NCBI GenBank assembly: GCA_020697715.1
Contig: JAEHCO010000001.1
Coordinates: 778,149-842,148 of the forward strand
Direction of reading: 5' to 3'
Length of the DNA stretch: 64,000 nt
DNA from: Methanobacteriota archaeon
GTDB taxonomy: Archaea > Thermoplasmatota > Thermoplasmata > SG8-5 > JAGLSY01
Position 1 is the stretch's first letter. Each line of letters opens with the position of its first letter. Under the pieces are notes generated by a model, which made no database searches, was not told where the DNA came from, and was given only the letters and a program-made list of their open reading frames with translations. This document shows, one piece after another, positions 9,722 through 19,767 of this stretch. A program made the translations under genes and the position numbers.

Positions 9722-12418
9722 ATGATGAAAAAACTGATAACGATAACATTGTGCCTCCTGATGGCATTGTCCAGCCTGGGCTATATCTCCCAGAATGTGG
9801 ACGCTGAGAATTCCTCCATGCCCTTTGTGGAGATGAGCACAGGATACCCGGGTGCGGATCAAGTGTGGGATCAGGAGCATTTATCATCCAACATGGGAAC
9901 AGGACCTATCGGTCAGAGCTTCTCTATGGCCTTTGCTGCCCAGAGAATTACTGCTGGACTCGATGGTGATTTGATAGAATTCAGTGTTTACATAGAATCA
10001 TTCACTGGCTCTGGTAATGTCTATTACGATATTCGTAGTGCGACATCCTCTGGTAGCTCTCTCATTGGAGGATTCCAAGGTGTATCAATATTGACCTTGA
10101 CCAGCGGAACCTGGAACTCTTTCACACTCCCTGCACCATTGCCACTTTCATCTGGCCAAATGATCTATCTTGTATTGTCAGCAGATCCTGGAACCAATTT
10201 CCACTGGAGGATGAATGATCCAGGTTCTTATGGAGGTGGAGTTACATATGAATCAAATAATGATCTCACTTGGATATTGCTCAATGGTGGAAGTGGAGAT
10301 TTCACCTTCAGGACCCTGATGGAGATACCATCTGGTGGTCTCAGCAAAGTGGCATGGCACAGCAATGGAGAATATGCTGTTGCTGTCACAGGCTTCGATG
10401 ATGAGATATGGAAATTCACCAGAGACACAGGTACATGGTCATCTCTAGGCCATATTGCTGCTGGAGCTGTCTACACCGATATAGTGTATGACGATTTCAC
10501 AGAGGTCTTTTACTTTGTAGGATGGAAATCTACCAATAATCCATATGTTGTCAGATATGATGGATCTGGCTTCTCCGATTGTGGAGTTCCTCAAGATGTG
10601 GGCACGCGCCTATATGGTGTGGAAGTTTGTGGTGGAGTGAACGGATACCGAATACTTGTCACTGGAGAGGATGGTAGCGATGGCTATGCAGCTTGGTATA
10701 ATGGCGGCTGGACCGAGATCAGAGGAGGAGTCGCTGGCTGGGTTCCCGGAGAGGTTGCTCGTGTTGAGGATGCCACATGGAATCAAAGAACCAATCCAGT
10801 AACTTCAAAGCATTACCTTGTTGGGCACGATGATGAAAGTACTGGCTTTGTTTATGAACTAGGGGCCCCGGGCGACACGACAGTCACTAGACTGTACGCC
10901 ACTTACGATGATGACATAGATTGGATGAATGCAATATCATGGAATCCAGGATGGGCAGAGGGATCACAATATGATTATGCTATCATGGCCGGAATGAACA
11001 ATGAAGGCTGGGGAAATATATGGACGTTCGATGGCACCAATAAACCAGAGGCTATCCTGACATCCTCAGACACCTTCCATGATGTCGCTTGGACCACCGA
11101 TGGCAGTATGGCTGTTATTGTTGGAGAGGATTCAAGTGGTAATGGCAAGGTCTTGCATCATGGTGCTGGAACAGTTCTATTGGCCGATATGACATCGGAT
11201 CTTCCTCAAGGGACTGGCCCATTGTTCGGAATCGCTTACAAGGGATACACAAGCCCAAGCTCTGGCATAATAGTCGGAGCCAGTGGTGGCACCGCGACAT
11301 ATCCATCAGCATCGGACTCACTGACTACCATAACAGTGAATGCGGCCTTCCCTCACATGTTCACTATCGATATGTGGAAGACCAGTGATGCTGGACAGAG
11401 TTCCACACTAAATAGTGGAGTCGATGTGGAGACCACGTACACCTTCTACACAGAGATAAATTACACTGTAAGCGGATCGGACGAGCTCTTTGATGGAAAT
11501 AACAATACTTTCATCGATCTTCTCATCTGGTATGATGAAGGTACCGAGGCAGGTACCCCCGTTCCCGATGATCAACACAGGACAAGGTACTGTGTGGCCA
11601 GATGGTACGAGACAGCTGGTCCCGGACCTATTTCGGTCACTGGCTCTATTCTGTATCCCACAGCACCGAACGAATTCATTCTTGACAGCGTGGGATGTAG
11701 CGGACCCTTCGGGATCAATGATCGATACGCGGTCTGGATGAACATCACTTTCGGAGCCCAGATGCGCGCTGCGGATGGAAATGGTTTCGGTAATGGAGCA
11801 TCAAGCAACATATATGATGATGGCCAGTCACATGACGATATCAATAGTTGGAATATCGCCTACACAGTTTTCGACAATGATTATTCTGGAGCATCGAACA
11901 TCACATATGAGGAGTTCGGTGTCAATAAGCTGACCAATATCACGGCCTTGGGAAATCCAGGAGGAAATGCACCTCCTGGAGCCAGTGACATCTCCATTGG
12001 TGTCAGCGCGATCACATGTTCTGCAAATGTGCCATACTATGTCAACTGCTCACTGCCTAATTTGACCAATGGAGGTGGTGATGAGATAGAGGCCACGAAC
12101 ATCGCGATCATGCTTATGGGTCTTTATCCTGCGGGATTTGATTATGAGCCATACACTGAGATCAATGCATCCTGGAGTGCTACTGGAAGACCATTCTCAG
12201 CAGCAAATGAATCAAGAATGATATGGGGTAATGCAAGCCGGGCACCTGGAAATCAGATGCTTCCAGTTCCAGATAATGGAACATCGGCTCATGGGCCGTG
12301 GGGTTCGGATTTCAATGGGTTCGGCTCGACCTTCGTCCAATGGTGGGCGAGCGTGCCAGCAGCCACACCCGAAGGCATCTATACTGCGACAATAACATTT
12401 GAAATGGGGGAGTTCTGA
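9722..12418 (+). CDS. Array gene 4: member with ~160 aa 'AQTF-type' insert
   Basis: Signal peptide-AENS...GYP, insert ending DFTFRTLM, then LSKVAWH; KGYTSPSSG; ends GIYTATITFEMGEF. Confidence 0.9.
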   Translation: MMKKLITITLCLLMALSSLGYISQNVDAENSSMPFVEMSTGYPGADQVWDQEHLSSNMGTGPIGQSFSMAFAAQRITAGLDGDLIEFSVYIESFTGSGNVYYDIRSATSSGSSLIGGFQGVSILTLTSGTWNSFTLPAPLPLSSGQMIYLVLSADPGTNFHWRMNDPGSYGGGVTYESNNDLTWILLNGGSGDFTFRTLMEIPSGGLSKVAWHSNGEYAVAVTGFDDEIWKFTRDTGTWSSLGHIAAGAVYTDIVYDDFTEVFYFVGWKSTNNPYVVRYDGSGFSDCGVPQDVGTRLYGVEVCGGVNGYRILVTGEDGSDGYAAWYNGGWTEIRGGVAGWVPGEVARVEDATWNQRTNPVTSKHYLVGHDDESTGFVYELGAPGDTTVTRLYATYDDDIDWMNAISWNPGWAEGSQYDYAIMAGMNNEGWGNIWTFDGTNKPEAILTSSDTFHDVAWTTDGSMAVIVGEDSSGNGKVLHHGAGTVLLADMTSDLPQGTGPLFGIAYKGYTSPSSGIIVGASGGTATYPSASDSLTTITVNAAFPHMFTIDMWKTSDAGQSSTLNSGVDVETTYTFYTEINYTVSGSDELFDGNNNTFIDLLIWYDEGTEAGTPVPDDQHRTRYCVARWYETAGPGPISVTGSILYPTAPNEFILDSVGCSGPFGINDRYAVWMNITFGAQMRAADGNGFGNGASSNIYDDGQSHDDINSWNIAYTVFDNDYSGASNITYEEFGVNKLTNITALGNPGGNAPPGASDISIGVSAITCSANVPYYVNCSLPNLTNGGGDEIEATNIAIMLMGLYPAGFDYEPYTEINASWSATGRPFSAANESRMIWGNASRAPGNQMLPVPDNGTSAHGPWGSDFNGFGSTFVQWWASVPAATPEGIYTATITFEMGEF

Positions 12419-12419
12419 A

Positions 12420-15400
12420 ATGACTGACAGGGCGACTTTCTGGATTAGAACACGAAGGAACCTGGCCGCAAGGGATATTCGACGGTCAGTCAGCCTTGCT
12501 TTAGCTTTAGCTATATTGTTCAGCTCACTCTCTATTATAATGGCTCCCAATGCTACTGGCTCGATATTCACTGACCTAAGCAGCCCGAATGCCACATTCA
12601 GAGATGTCGTGTGGCATGAAGATGGAGAATATGCGATGGTGGTTGGGAATGATTCATCCAGCAATGGTGTCGCCTACAGGTATGGGGCAGCAGAGGAGAC
12701 ATGGGATCAACTCATGAGCGTACCTGGTGATAGTTACAATGCTGTTACCAAAACCGAGGAATACGCATGGTGGGATACCTTCGAGGATGGGGAGAATGGC
12801 TGGACGACCAATACCTGGGAAGAAACACCGACCAGTTCACTTGTTGGTGAATGGAAGTTCGATGAAGGCTATGGCCAGTATGTGAATGACACCAGTACCA
12901 AGAACAATGTCGGAGAATTGAGGCCGATCTACCCATCAAATGTTCCGACATGGACAGCTGATGGCTTCTCCAATAGCGCACTATACTTCGATGGTTTAGA
13001 TGACAGGGTTGAAACAGATTATATTCCTAATACCTTCAATCTGCATGACCACTCTATCAAGGCCTGGGTGTATCCCACTATTGACAAAACCAATTCTGTT
13101 ATTTATGGAATTGGAGAAACAGGAATAAATGGTAAGAACCTTGAATTGAAGATAGATTCAGGTGAATTGCAGATATGGCATTGGGGATGGAACTGGTACA
13201 CTGGTATAACTATCGACATCAATAAGTGGACGCATATTGCCTATACTTACACTACCAACAATAAGACAGGGAACGTCTATGTGAATGGACAATACATAGA
13301 CAGCTTTGTGTATGGAGGATATTTGAACATTCTCAATGACGCCAACATACCCAGCCAGATAGGTATGAGCCTAGCCGGCAGAAACTTCAAGGGCTTCATA
13401 GACGAGGTCCAGATCTATAATCGAACTCTTACAACCACTGAGATCTCGAGTTATTATGATCTAACTGGCAACAAGATTGGAGAATGGAGCTTTGAAGAGG
13501 GTGCGGGAACCTTTACTGAGGATGCCACCCAGCATAGTAATGATGGCACGCTCATAAATATGGAAGAAGCCGACTGGGTGACAGGACCTTCAGGACAAGC
13601 TCTGATCTTCGATGGCTTAAATGAGTACATAAGAGTTGATGATGAGCCATCCTTGAACCTTACCTCGACCTTCACCTTAGAGGCCTGGATATACATGGTC
13701 AATGGTGGTAAATGGCAGTGTGTGGTTGCCAAAGCAAATCTGAACACGGCGGCCGACATATCATATCACTGGAGGGTGAGTATGACAAATCAGGTCCAGG
13801 TATTCCTGAGCAATGGTGTCACGTCTGAAAATGTATTCGGAAATACACCGTTGCAGGAAGATACCTGGCATCATATCGCAGTAGTGGCCACAGGTAGCCA
13901 ATACAAATTCTATCTCAATGGCCAGCCAGATGGTACTTTCCCACAGACCTATTCCCCCCAGATAATAAGCGCACCATTGAGGATCGGTTCTCACGGCAAT
14001 ACTCATTTCTTTGATGGGGCCATTGATGAGGTCAATATCTGGGATTGCGATCTTTCTGATGCTGATATTCAAAATCATTATGAAAGATATCTCAACAACT
14101 ATTATGATAATCTGACGAGAGTGGGTGACTGGGATTTCGATGAGGGTGCTGGCTTTGCAGTTAATGATGATAGCATATACGGAAATGATGGATCCCTCGT
14201 CAATATGGAGGGAGACGAGTGGGTGGGAGGCATATCCGGAGATGCACTGGAACTCGATGGTGTAGATGAATACGTATCTATTCCACACAGTCCCAGCCTG
14301 GACATCACAGATGAGGTCACGATCGAGGCCTTCATAAAGCCAGTGGAAAGCTTTGATTATTATGGAATTGTGTCAAAGAGGACAGCTGCTGGCGATATCC
14401 AGTATTACTTCAGGATATTCAATGACAATCTGGAATTCTATTACACATTCAGCGGTGGAGCGCATGTGTTCCGTTCAGATCATACTGTTATATTGAATGA
14501 ATGGCAGCATGTGGCCATGACCTATAAATCAGGGGATGGAAGCAGTGCGAAGATATACCTGAACGGTGTCTTGGCCAGTGGATATTGGAGCAGTGGCGAT
14601 GGATTATCGCCCCTGGAATCCAATGCCGCAGATGTATGGATAGGAGCCTGCGAATTTGGTGATTATTACTTCAATGGAACAATGGACAATGTGAAGATCC
14701 ATAGCAGGATACTGAATCAATCGGAGATATCTGAATCCTACAATGGTGCCTTCAGTTCAGAATGGCATTTGGTGGACCCTGCAACCTTACCAGATGCAGG
14801 CTCTGGCACATCCCACGGCACAGCCAAGAGTCCAGACAATATCTGGTGGTTCGGAGATGCTACCAAGGGAAATTACGACAATGGAGAAAGAGTGATGGGG
14901 AGTTTAGTATCTCCACCAAAGTATCTCCCCAGCATTTCCAACTTCGGTCTTGTTGTTTTCAATCATTGGTTCGATATAGAATCTGCTGGCCCGGATGCTG
15001 ATATAATGTCAGTTTCCATAAAGAACACTACGGATTCAGAATGGTACCTCCTCAAAACATGGGACAGTGAATCCATTCCTATATCCGACTGGCAACAGGA
15101 GATCATTTATGTAAGTGGGTGGTGTGGCAATACTGTCCAAGTAAAATTCACCTTTGATTCAGATGATGGAAGCTTCAATGACTTTGCAGGCTGGCATATT
15201 GATGATTTCGCCTTCTATACAAATGGAGCTTATGTCGTGGTCGGCGATATCCCAACAGGAGCAGGATACTCCGCTTATTCTGTCGATCTCGGCAGTGGTT
15301 ACAGTGATATTGATGGAATGGACTTCATCAGCTTCAATGATGTGGCTGCTGGCTTGATACCCGCGACCTTCCTGGCCGTGGGAGATTCCGGCCAGGGTAG

Positions 15401-17060
15401 ATACTGGGATGGAGCAGCCTGGAACACGATAACTGGAATAGATGGTGGCGACACACTGACCGGGATAGATTTCAATGGCACTCACTTTGTCATTGTTGGC
15501 TATGATCTTGGTGGTGCTGGAGTATCATATTATATCACCGAAGCAGAAGTAAATGTAGGCTCATATGTCGTTCATGCGATCGCAAATGTTCCAAATGTAA
15601 AACTGAACAGCATCGAATGGCACAATTATGTGAATGGTGGCCTGGTCTGTGCCGAGGGAGCTATGTATTTCCTCAATAGCACATGGGAATGGAAGGGGCC
15701 GATTGGCATTGACCCTTCAATGAATTATACAGCGTCCTCATGGAGTCCAGACGGCTCCAGAGCCATAATAGTTGGGAACACTGGGATTGGAAGTGCGGCC
15801 TTTGACATATATGCTGGAAACACAGAGATAACACAGATACCTGATTATGATCACATATTCCAGAGCCACAAACTTTATGGAGCGGCGTATCAACCTATTG
15901 CCTCGGGCAATACCGAAGTGCTTCTTATTGGAGCCAGTGCTTTCAAGATATACCCAAAGGCCTTGGCTCAAAATACACAGGTCCTGATCAATGTGAACTA
16001 TCCAAACCTCTTTGACATTGATTTCTACAAGACCAGCAATCCGGGAACATCCCTGGTCAATAAGCAAGTGGATGTACAGGAGACATACACCTTCCGCACC
16101 GAGGTCAATTATTCTGTCAGTGGGATAGATCGGCTCTTCGATGGCATCAATAACACTGCCATCGATCTCATGGTTTGGTATGATGATGCAGGAGCGAATG
16201 AGCTCACACTTCCTGGTATGGATGATGTTCACCGGACCAGATACTTCAATGTCACTTGGTTCGAAGGCGATGGTGGAGCGAATCTTGAGAATGCGATAGT
16301 GACCTATCCAATTGCCAGCCCCGGAACCAATGAGTTCCAGCTAATGGGCTTCAGTAGCGGTCCTGCCGGGGGAGATCATTGGTGGATAGAATTGGAAATA
16401 TACTTCGGCCCTCAGACAAGGGCAGCAGATGGACAGGGCTTCGTAAATGGTGACTCCACAAATGAGAGCGATATAAGCCAGTCATTCACAGACCCGGATT
16501 CTTGGAACTTCATGATGGAGATTTACGATACCACATTCACCACGGCCTCAAGCAAGGGCTATGAGGAGTTCGGGGTCTTCAAATACACGAACATCACAGT
16601 ATCCGGCAACCCGGCAGGAAATGCACCACCTGGCTCCAATGACAATTCGATGGGATCCAGCCTGGTGACCTACATGGCCAATGTGCCACACTATGTCAAT
16701 GTGTCAATACCAGACCTGGCAAGGATTGGTGGGGGTGGAAGCATACCGGCCACCAATATCGCGGCCTATTCTGCAAGCCCATTGGCCAATAACACTAATT
16801 GCGGTATGAATAGCACCTGGACATTCGGGAGACCCTTCCCAGGTGCTAATCAGAACTTGAGCATCTGGGGCAATACAAGCCAGCCCATTGCGGACTGGGA
16901 TCTACCTGCCCCTGAGAACGGAACAACGGCCCACGGGCCATGGGGCTCCGACTTCAATAGTTATGGAGCCACCGTAGTCAATTGGTATTCAAGTGTCCCA
17001 GGCGGAACACTTGAAGGTATCTACCAGGCTACAATCACATTCAAAATAGGGTATTATTAG
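12420..17060 (+). CDS. Array gene 5: member with split MAM-like domain and 3x LamG insert (close paralog of gene 2, no DUF2341)
   Basis: ATG 12420 follows the gene 4 stop with a GGGGGAG SD; three GEW.FDEG LamG repeats; long stretches nearly identical to gene 2 (IASPGTNEFQ.MGF.SGPAGGDHWWIE); ends GIYQATITFKIGYY. Confidence 0.9.
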   Translation: MTDRATFWIRTRRNLAARDIRRSVSLALALAILFSSLSIIMAPNATGSIFTDLSSPNATFRDVVWHEDGEYAMVVGNDSSSNGVAYRYGAAEETWDQLMSVPGDSYNAVTKTEEYAWWDTFEDGENGWTTNTWEETPTSSLVGEWKFDEGYGQYVNDTSTKNNVGELRPIYPSNVPTWTADGFSNSALYFDGLDDRVETDYIPNTFNLHDHSIKAWVYPTIDKTNSVIYGIGETGINGKNLELKIDSGELQIWHWGWNWYTGITIDINKWTHIAYTYTTNNKTGNVYVNGQYIDSFVYGGYLNILNDANIPSQIGMSLAGRNFKGFIDEVQIYNRTLTTTEISSYYDLTGNKIGEWSFEEGAGTFTEDATQHSNDGTLINMEEADWVTGPSGQALIFDGLNEYIRVDDEPSLNLTSTFTLEAWIYMVNGGKWQCVVAKANLNTAADISYHWRVSMTNQVQVFLSNGVTSENVFGNTPLQEDTWHHIAVVATGSQYKFYLNGQPDGTFPQTYSPQIISAPLRIGSHGNTHFFDGAIDEVNIWDCDLSDADIQNHYERYLNNYYDNLTRVGDWDFDEGAGFAVNDDSIYGNDGSLVNMEGDEWVGGISGDALELDGVDEYVSIPHSPSLDITDEVTIEAFIKPVESFDYYGIVSKRTAAGDIQYYFRIFNDNLEFYYTFSGGAHVFRSDHTVILNEWQHVAMTYKSGDGSSAKIYLNGVLASGYWSSGDGLSPLESNAADVWIGACEFGDYYFNGTMDNVKIHSRILNQSEISESYNGAFSSEWHLVDPATLPDAGSGTSHGTAKSPDNIWWFGDATKGNYDNGERVMGSLVSPPKYLPSISNFGLVVFNHWFDIESAGPDADIMSVSIKNTTDSEWYLLKTWDSESIPISDWQQEIIYVSGWCGNTVQVKFTFDSDDGSFNDFAGWHIDDFAFYTNGAYVVVGDIPTGAGYSAYSVDLGSGYSDIDGMDFISFNDVAAGLIPATFLAVGDSGQGRYWDGAAWNTITGIDGGDTLTGIDFNGTHFVIVGYDLGGAGVSYYITEAEVNVGSYVVHAIANVPNVKLNSIEWHNYVNGGLVCAEGAMYFLNSTWEWKGPIGIDPSMNYTASSWSPDGSRAIIVGNTGIGSAAFDIYAGNTEITQIPDYDHIFQSHKLYGAAYQPIASGNTEVLLIGASAFKIYPKALAQNTQVLINVNYPNLFDIDFYKTSNPGTSLVNKQVDVQETYTFRTEVNYSVSGIDRLFDGINNTAIDLMVWYDDAGANELTLPGMDDVHRTRYFNVTWFEGDGGANLENAIVTYPIASPGTNEFQLMGFSSGPAGGDHWWIELEIYFGPQTRAADGQGFVNGDSTNESDISQSFTDPDSWNFMMEIYDTTFTTASSKGYEEFGVFKYTNITVSGNPAGNAPPGSNDNSMGSSLVTYMANVPHYVNVSIPDLARIGGGGSIPATNIAAYSASPLANNTNCGMNSTWTFGRPFPGANQNLSIWGNTSQPIADWDLPAPENGTTAHGPWGSDFNSYGATVVNWYSSVPGGTLEGIYQATITFKIGYY

Positions 17061-17071
17061 GAGGAGATGGA

Positions 17072-19753
17072 ATGAAAATAATACAGAAAATACTGGCCAT
17101 TGCGATAATCACCGCGATGGTTTGCGCCAGTCTAGTGATCGGGTTACCAAAGGTAACAGTCAGTGCAGAGGATTCCTCATCGCAGTTCGCGCTGTTGATG
17201 GACGGATATCCTAATGATGAAGAGGATCAAAGTATGGGGTCTCACAACACACAGTCCCCAGTATCTCCAATAGGCACATCATACAGGGCCCAGACCTTCA
17301 AGCCAGGAGTATCCGGGGCACTTACACAGGTATCTCTCATTTTATGGAATCAAGCAGCCCCCGAGATCGATCTGTACATCGGAATCTGGGATACGATAGG
17401 TGGAGATCCATCCTCCGAGATCTGCAGTGATATTATTCTGGGCGTCGTGCAGCCAGATGTAGCAGATTGGGTAGATCTGGAAATATCTTCTGAGCCTGAT
17501 CTGACAGGTGGGACACAATATGCGATAGTCATCCAGACCATTACTAACACAGGAGCATGGAAGAGATATAGTGGTTCTGATCTATATCTGGATGGAGTAG
17601 CATTGTCATCAACAAATGGGGGGGCCACATGGGATCCAGTAACCACAGATTTCGCATTCAAAACCCACATGTCCCATTCTGGAACTGGCTTGAGAAAGGT
17701 CGCGTGGCATGAGAGTGGTGAGTACGCTCTCAGCGTTAATGGTGTGGATGATTCAGTATACAAATTTGACAGGCAATCCTCCGCCTGGAGTTTACTTGGA
17801 AATCCAAATCCTAATGCGATCTTCAATGACATAACATATGATCCTGACTGGAATGAATTCTATTTAGCTGGCGAAGAATTCGCTTCCGCACTTCCTATTG
17901 TCTATACCTATGATGGTATCTTTGTGAACTTGGGAACACCAGGTACGAATGGAGAGTTCCACGCAGTTACAGCTGTTGGTGGAGATTCAGCTTATAAATT
18001 CCTAGCAGTTGGAGAAAGAACAGGGGGCTGGGGATATGCCGCATGGTTCAGAGATGGCTTTGGTTGGTTAGAGGTTTCCACTGGCTGGAGCGGCATTACC
18101 ACTGAGACATTGTATGATGTTACATGGAACCAACAGATCGGTGCTCCGAACAACTGCTATGGTGTTGGACAGGATGGCAATATTCATGGTTTTGTATTCA
18201 GATTCCCATTAGGGACAACGACAGCATCAAAGATCTACAACCTTGATAGTGATGGCAATGATCTTGAGCCTCAGAAATCGATAGCCTGGAACCCAGGATA
18301 TGCTCAGGGCGCGGAGCATGATTACGCTCTCATTGGTGCGAATATGTTCATGGGATATGGATGTGTATTGAAATTTGATGGATCATCTGCACCCAGTACC
18401 ATCTCGGACGTCACAGATACCATTTATGACATTGCATGGCAACCAAGTGGTGAAAGAGCCATACTGGTGGGAGAAGAAACAGGAGGGGGCTGGGGTGTTG
18501 TTTACTACCATCCTGCTGGAACCGAGGAAATGCTCCAGCAAGACATGGAGATGCCACCCATCTATGGTGTGGCCTTCAAGGGATACACAAGCCCCAGCTC
18601 GGCCATCATGGTCAGCTCAGGTGGCTCGGTCGCGGCTTATCCATCTGCCACGGATATTGGAACCACGATAACCGTGAACTCCGCTTTCCCGCACAGCTTT
18701 GGTATAGATATGTGGAAGACCAGTGATGCTGGCCGAGCTTCAAAATTGAATACACAAGTGAATGTGGAGACAACATACACATTCATGACCGAGGTCAATT
18801 ACACAGTAAGCGGTGTGGACCAATTCTATGCAGACGGTGAGCAGGATATATGGGTGCTGCTGACAGCCTGGTATGATGATGGTTTTACACCATCTCCAGA
18901 TCCAGATGATACTGACTATAATAGGACCAAGAATTTCCAGGCTATCTGGCAGGAAGGGGCTTCGATAGGAGCGGACACTGCTGGTATGGTCTATCCAGGC
19001 GGAAGCCCGGGAATAGATGAGGTTCAATTCGTCAGTGCGGGTATAGAGGTAGGTCCAGGAGATCACTATTATGTCTATATCAATTTGACATTGGGCCCAC
19101 AATTATGGGCAGGTGATGGTCAGGGATTTGGTAATGGGCCAGCTCCAGATATCAATGATGGAGCTACAGCCTTCAATGACCCGGATTCATGGGATTTTGT
19201 AATGACCATTGTTGATATCAACTACATGGATGCTGTGAATTCTTCCTTTGAAGAGTTCGGCCTGTTCAGGTTCACGAACATCACGGTATCTGGCAACCCT
19301 AGTGGAAATGCGCCACCAGGTTCTGTGGGTAATGCACTTGGAACCAGCCAGATAAATGTCTCGTCCAATATCCCGTACTATGTCAATGTCTCGATACCCC
19401 GATTGAATATGACAACTGACAATACAAAATTCATACCAGCCAGCAGTGTGAATGTATCTCTAACTAGTGCATTCGCTAATAATACGAACACGCAGATGAA
19501 CGGATCCTGGGGAGCCTTTGGAAGGGCCTTCCCTGGAGCGAATCAACAGCTGGGGGTATGGGGTAATGCAAGTCTGGCACAGTCTTTCTGGACTGTGCCA
19601 GCGCCTTTGAACAGCACGACGGCTCATGGCCCTCAAGGAGGGGACTTTCAGGGTCTTGGAGACACCTTTGTCCAATGGTACATCAATGTGCCTGGGGCGA
19701 CGGCTGAAGGAACCTATCAGGCGTCTATAACCTTCAGGGTGGGATATTATTGA
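17072..19753 (+). CDS. Array gene 6: member with AQTF-type insert
   Basis: GGAGGAG SD; signal peptide-AEDSS; RAQTFKP...DFAFKTHM insert; ends GTYQASITFRVGYY. Confidence 0.9.
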   Translation: MKIIQKILAIAIITAMVCASLVIGLPKVTVSAEDSSSQFALLMDGYPNDEEDQSMGSHNTQSPVSPIGTSYRAQTFKPGVSGALTQVSLILWNQAAPEIDLYIGIWDTIGGDPSSEICSDIILGVVQPDVADWVDLEISSEPDLTGGTQYAIVIQTITNTGAWKRYSGSDLYLDGVALSSTNGGATWDPVTTDFAFKTHMSHSGTGLRKVAWHESGEYALSVNGVDDSVYKFDRQSSAWSLLGNPNPNAIFNDITYDPDWNEFYLAGEEFASALPIVYTYDGIFVNLGTPGTNGEFHAVTAVGGDSAYKFLAVGERTGGWGYAAWFRDGFGWLEVSTGWSGITTETLYDVTWNQQIGAPNNCYGVGQDGNIHGFVFRFPLGTTTASKIYNLDSDGNDLEPQKSIAWNPGYAQGAEHDYALIGANMFMGYGCVLKFDGSSAPSTISDVTDTIYDIAWQPSGERAILVGEETGGGWGVVYYHPAGTEEMLQQDMEMPPIYGVAFKGYTSPSSAIMVSSGGSVAAYPSATDIGTTITVNSAFPHSFGIDMWKTSDAGRASKLNTQVNVETTYTFMTEVNYTVSGVDQFYADGEQDIWVLLTAWYDDGFTPSPDPDDTDYNRTKNFQAIWQEGASIGADTAGMVYPGGSPGIDEVQFVSAGIEVGPGDHYYVYINLTLGPQLWAGDGQGFGNGPAPDINDGATAFNDPDSWDFVMTIVDINYMDAVNSSFEEFGLFRFTNITVSGNPSGNAPPGSVGNALGTSQINVSSNIPYYVNVSIPRLNMTTDNTKFIPASSVNVSLTSAFANNTNTQMNGSWGAFGRAFPGANQQLGVWGNASLAQSFWTVPAPLNSTTAHGPQGGDFQGLGDTFVQWYINVPGATAEGTYQASITFRVGYY

Positions 19754-19767
19754 GAGGGGGTGAAAGA

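Noticed and set aside
12420-12560. Tat signal peptide in array gene 5 (TRRNL, IRRSV)
   Set aside because: Poor match to S/T-R-R-x-F-L-K, and all paralogs have ordinary Sec-type signals; cannot be supported without a predictor.
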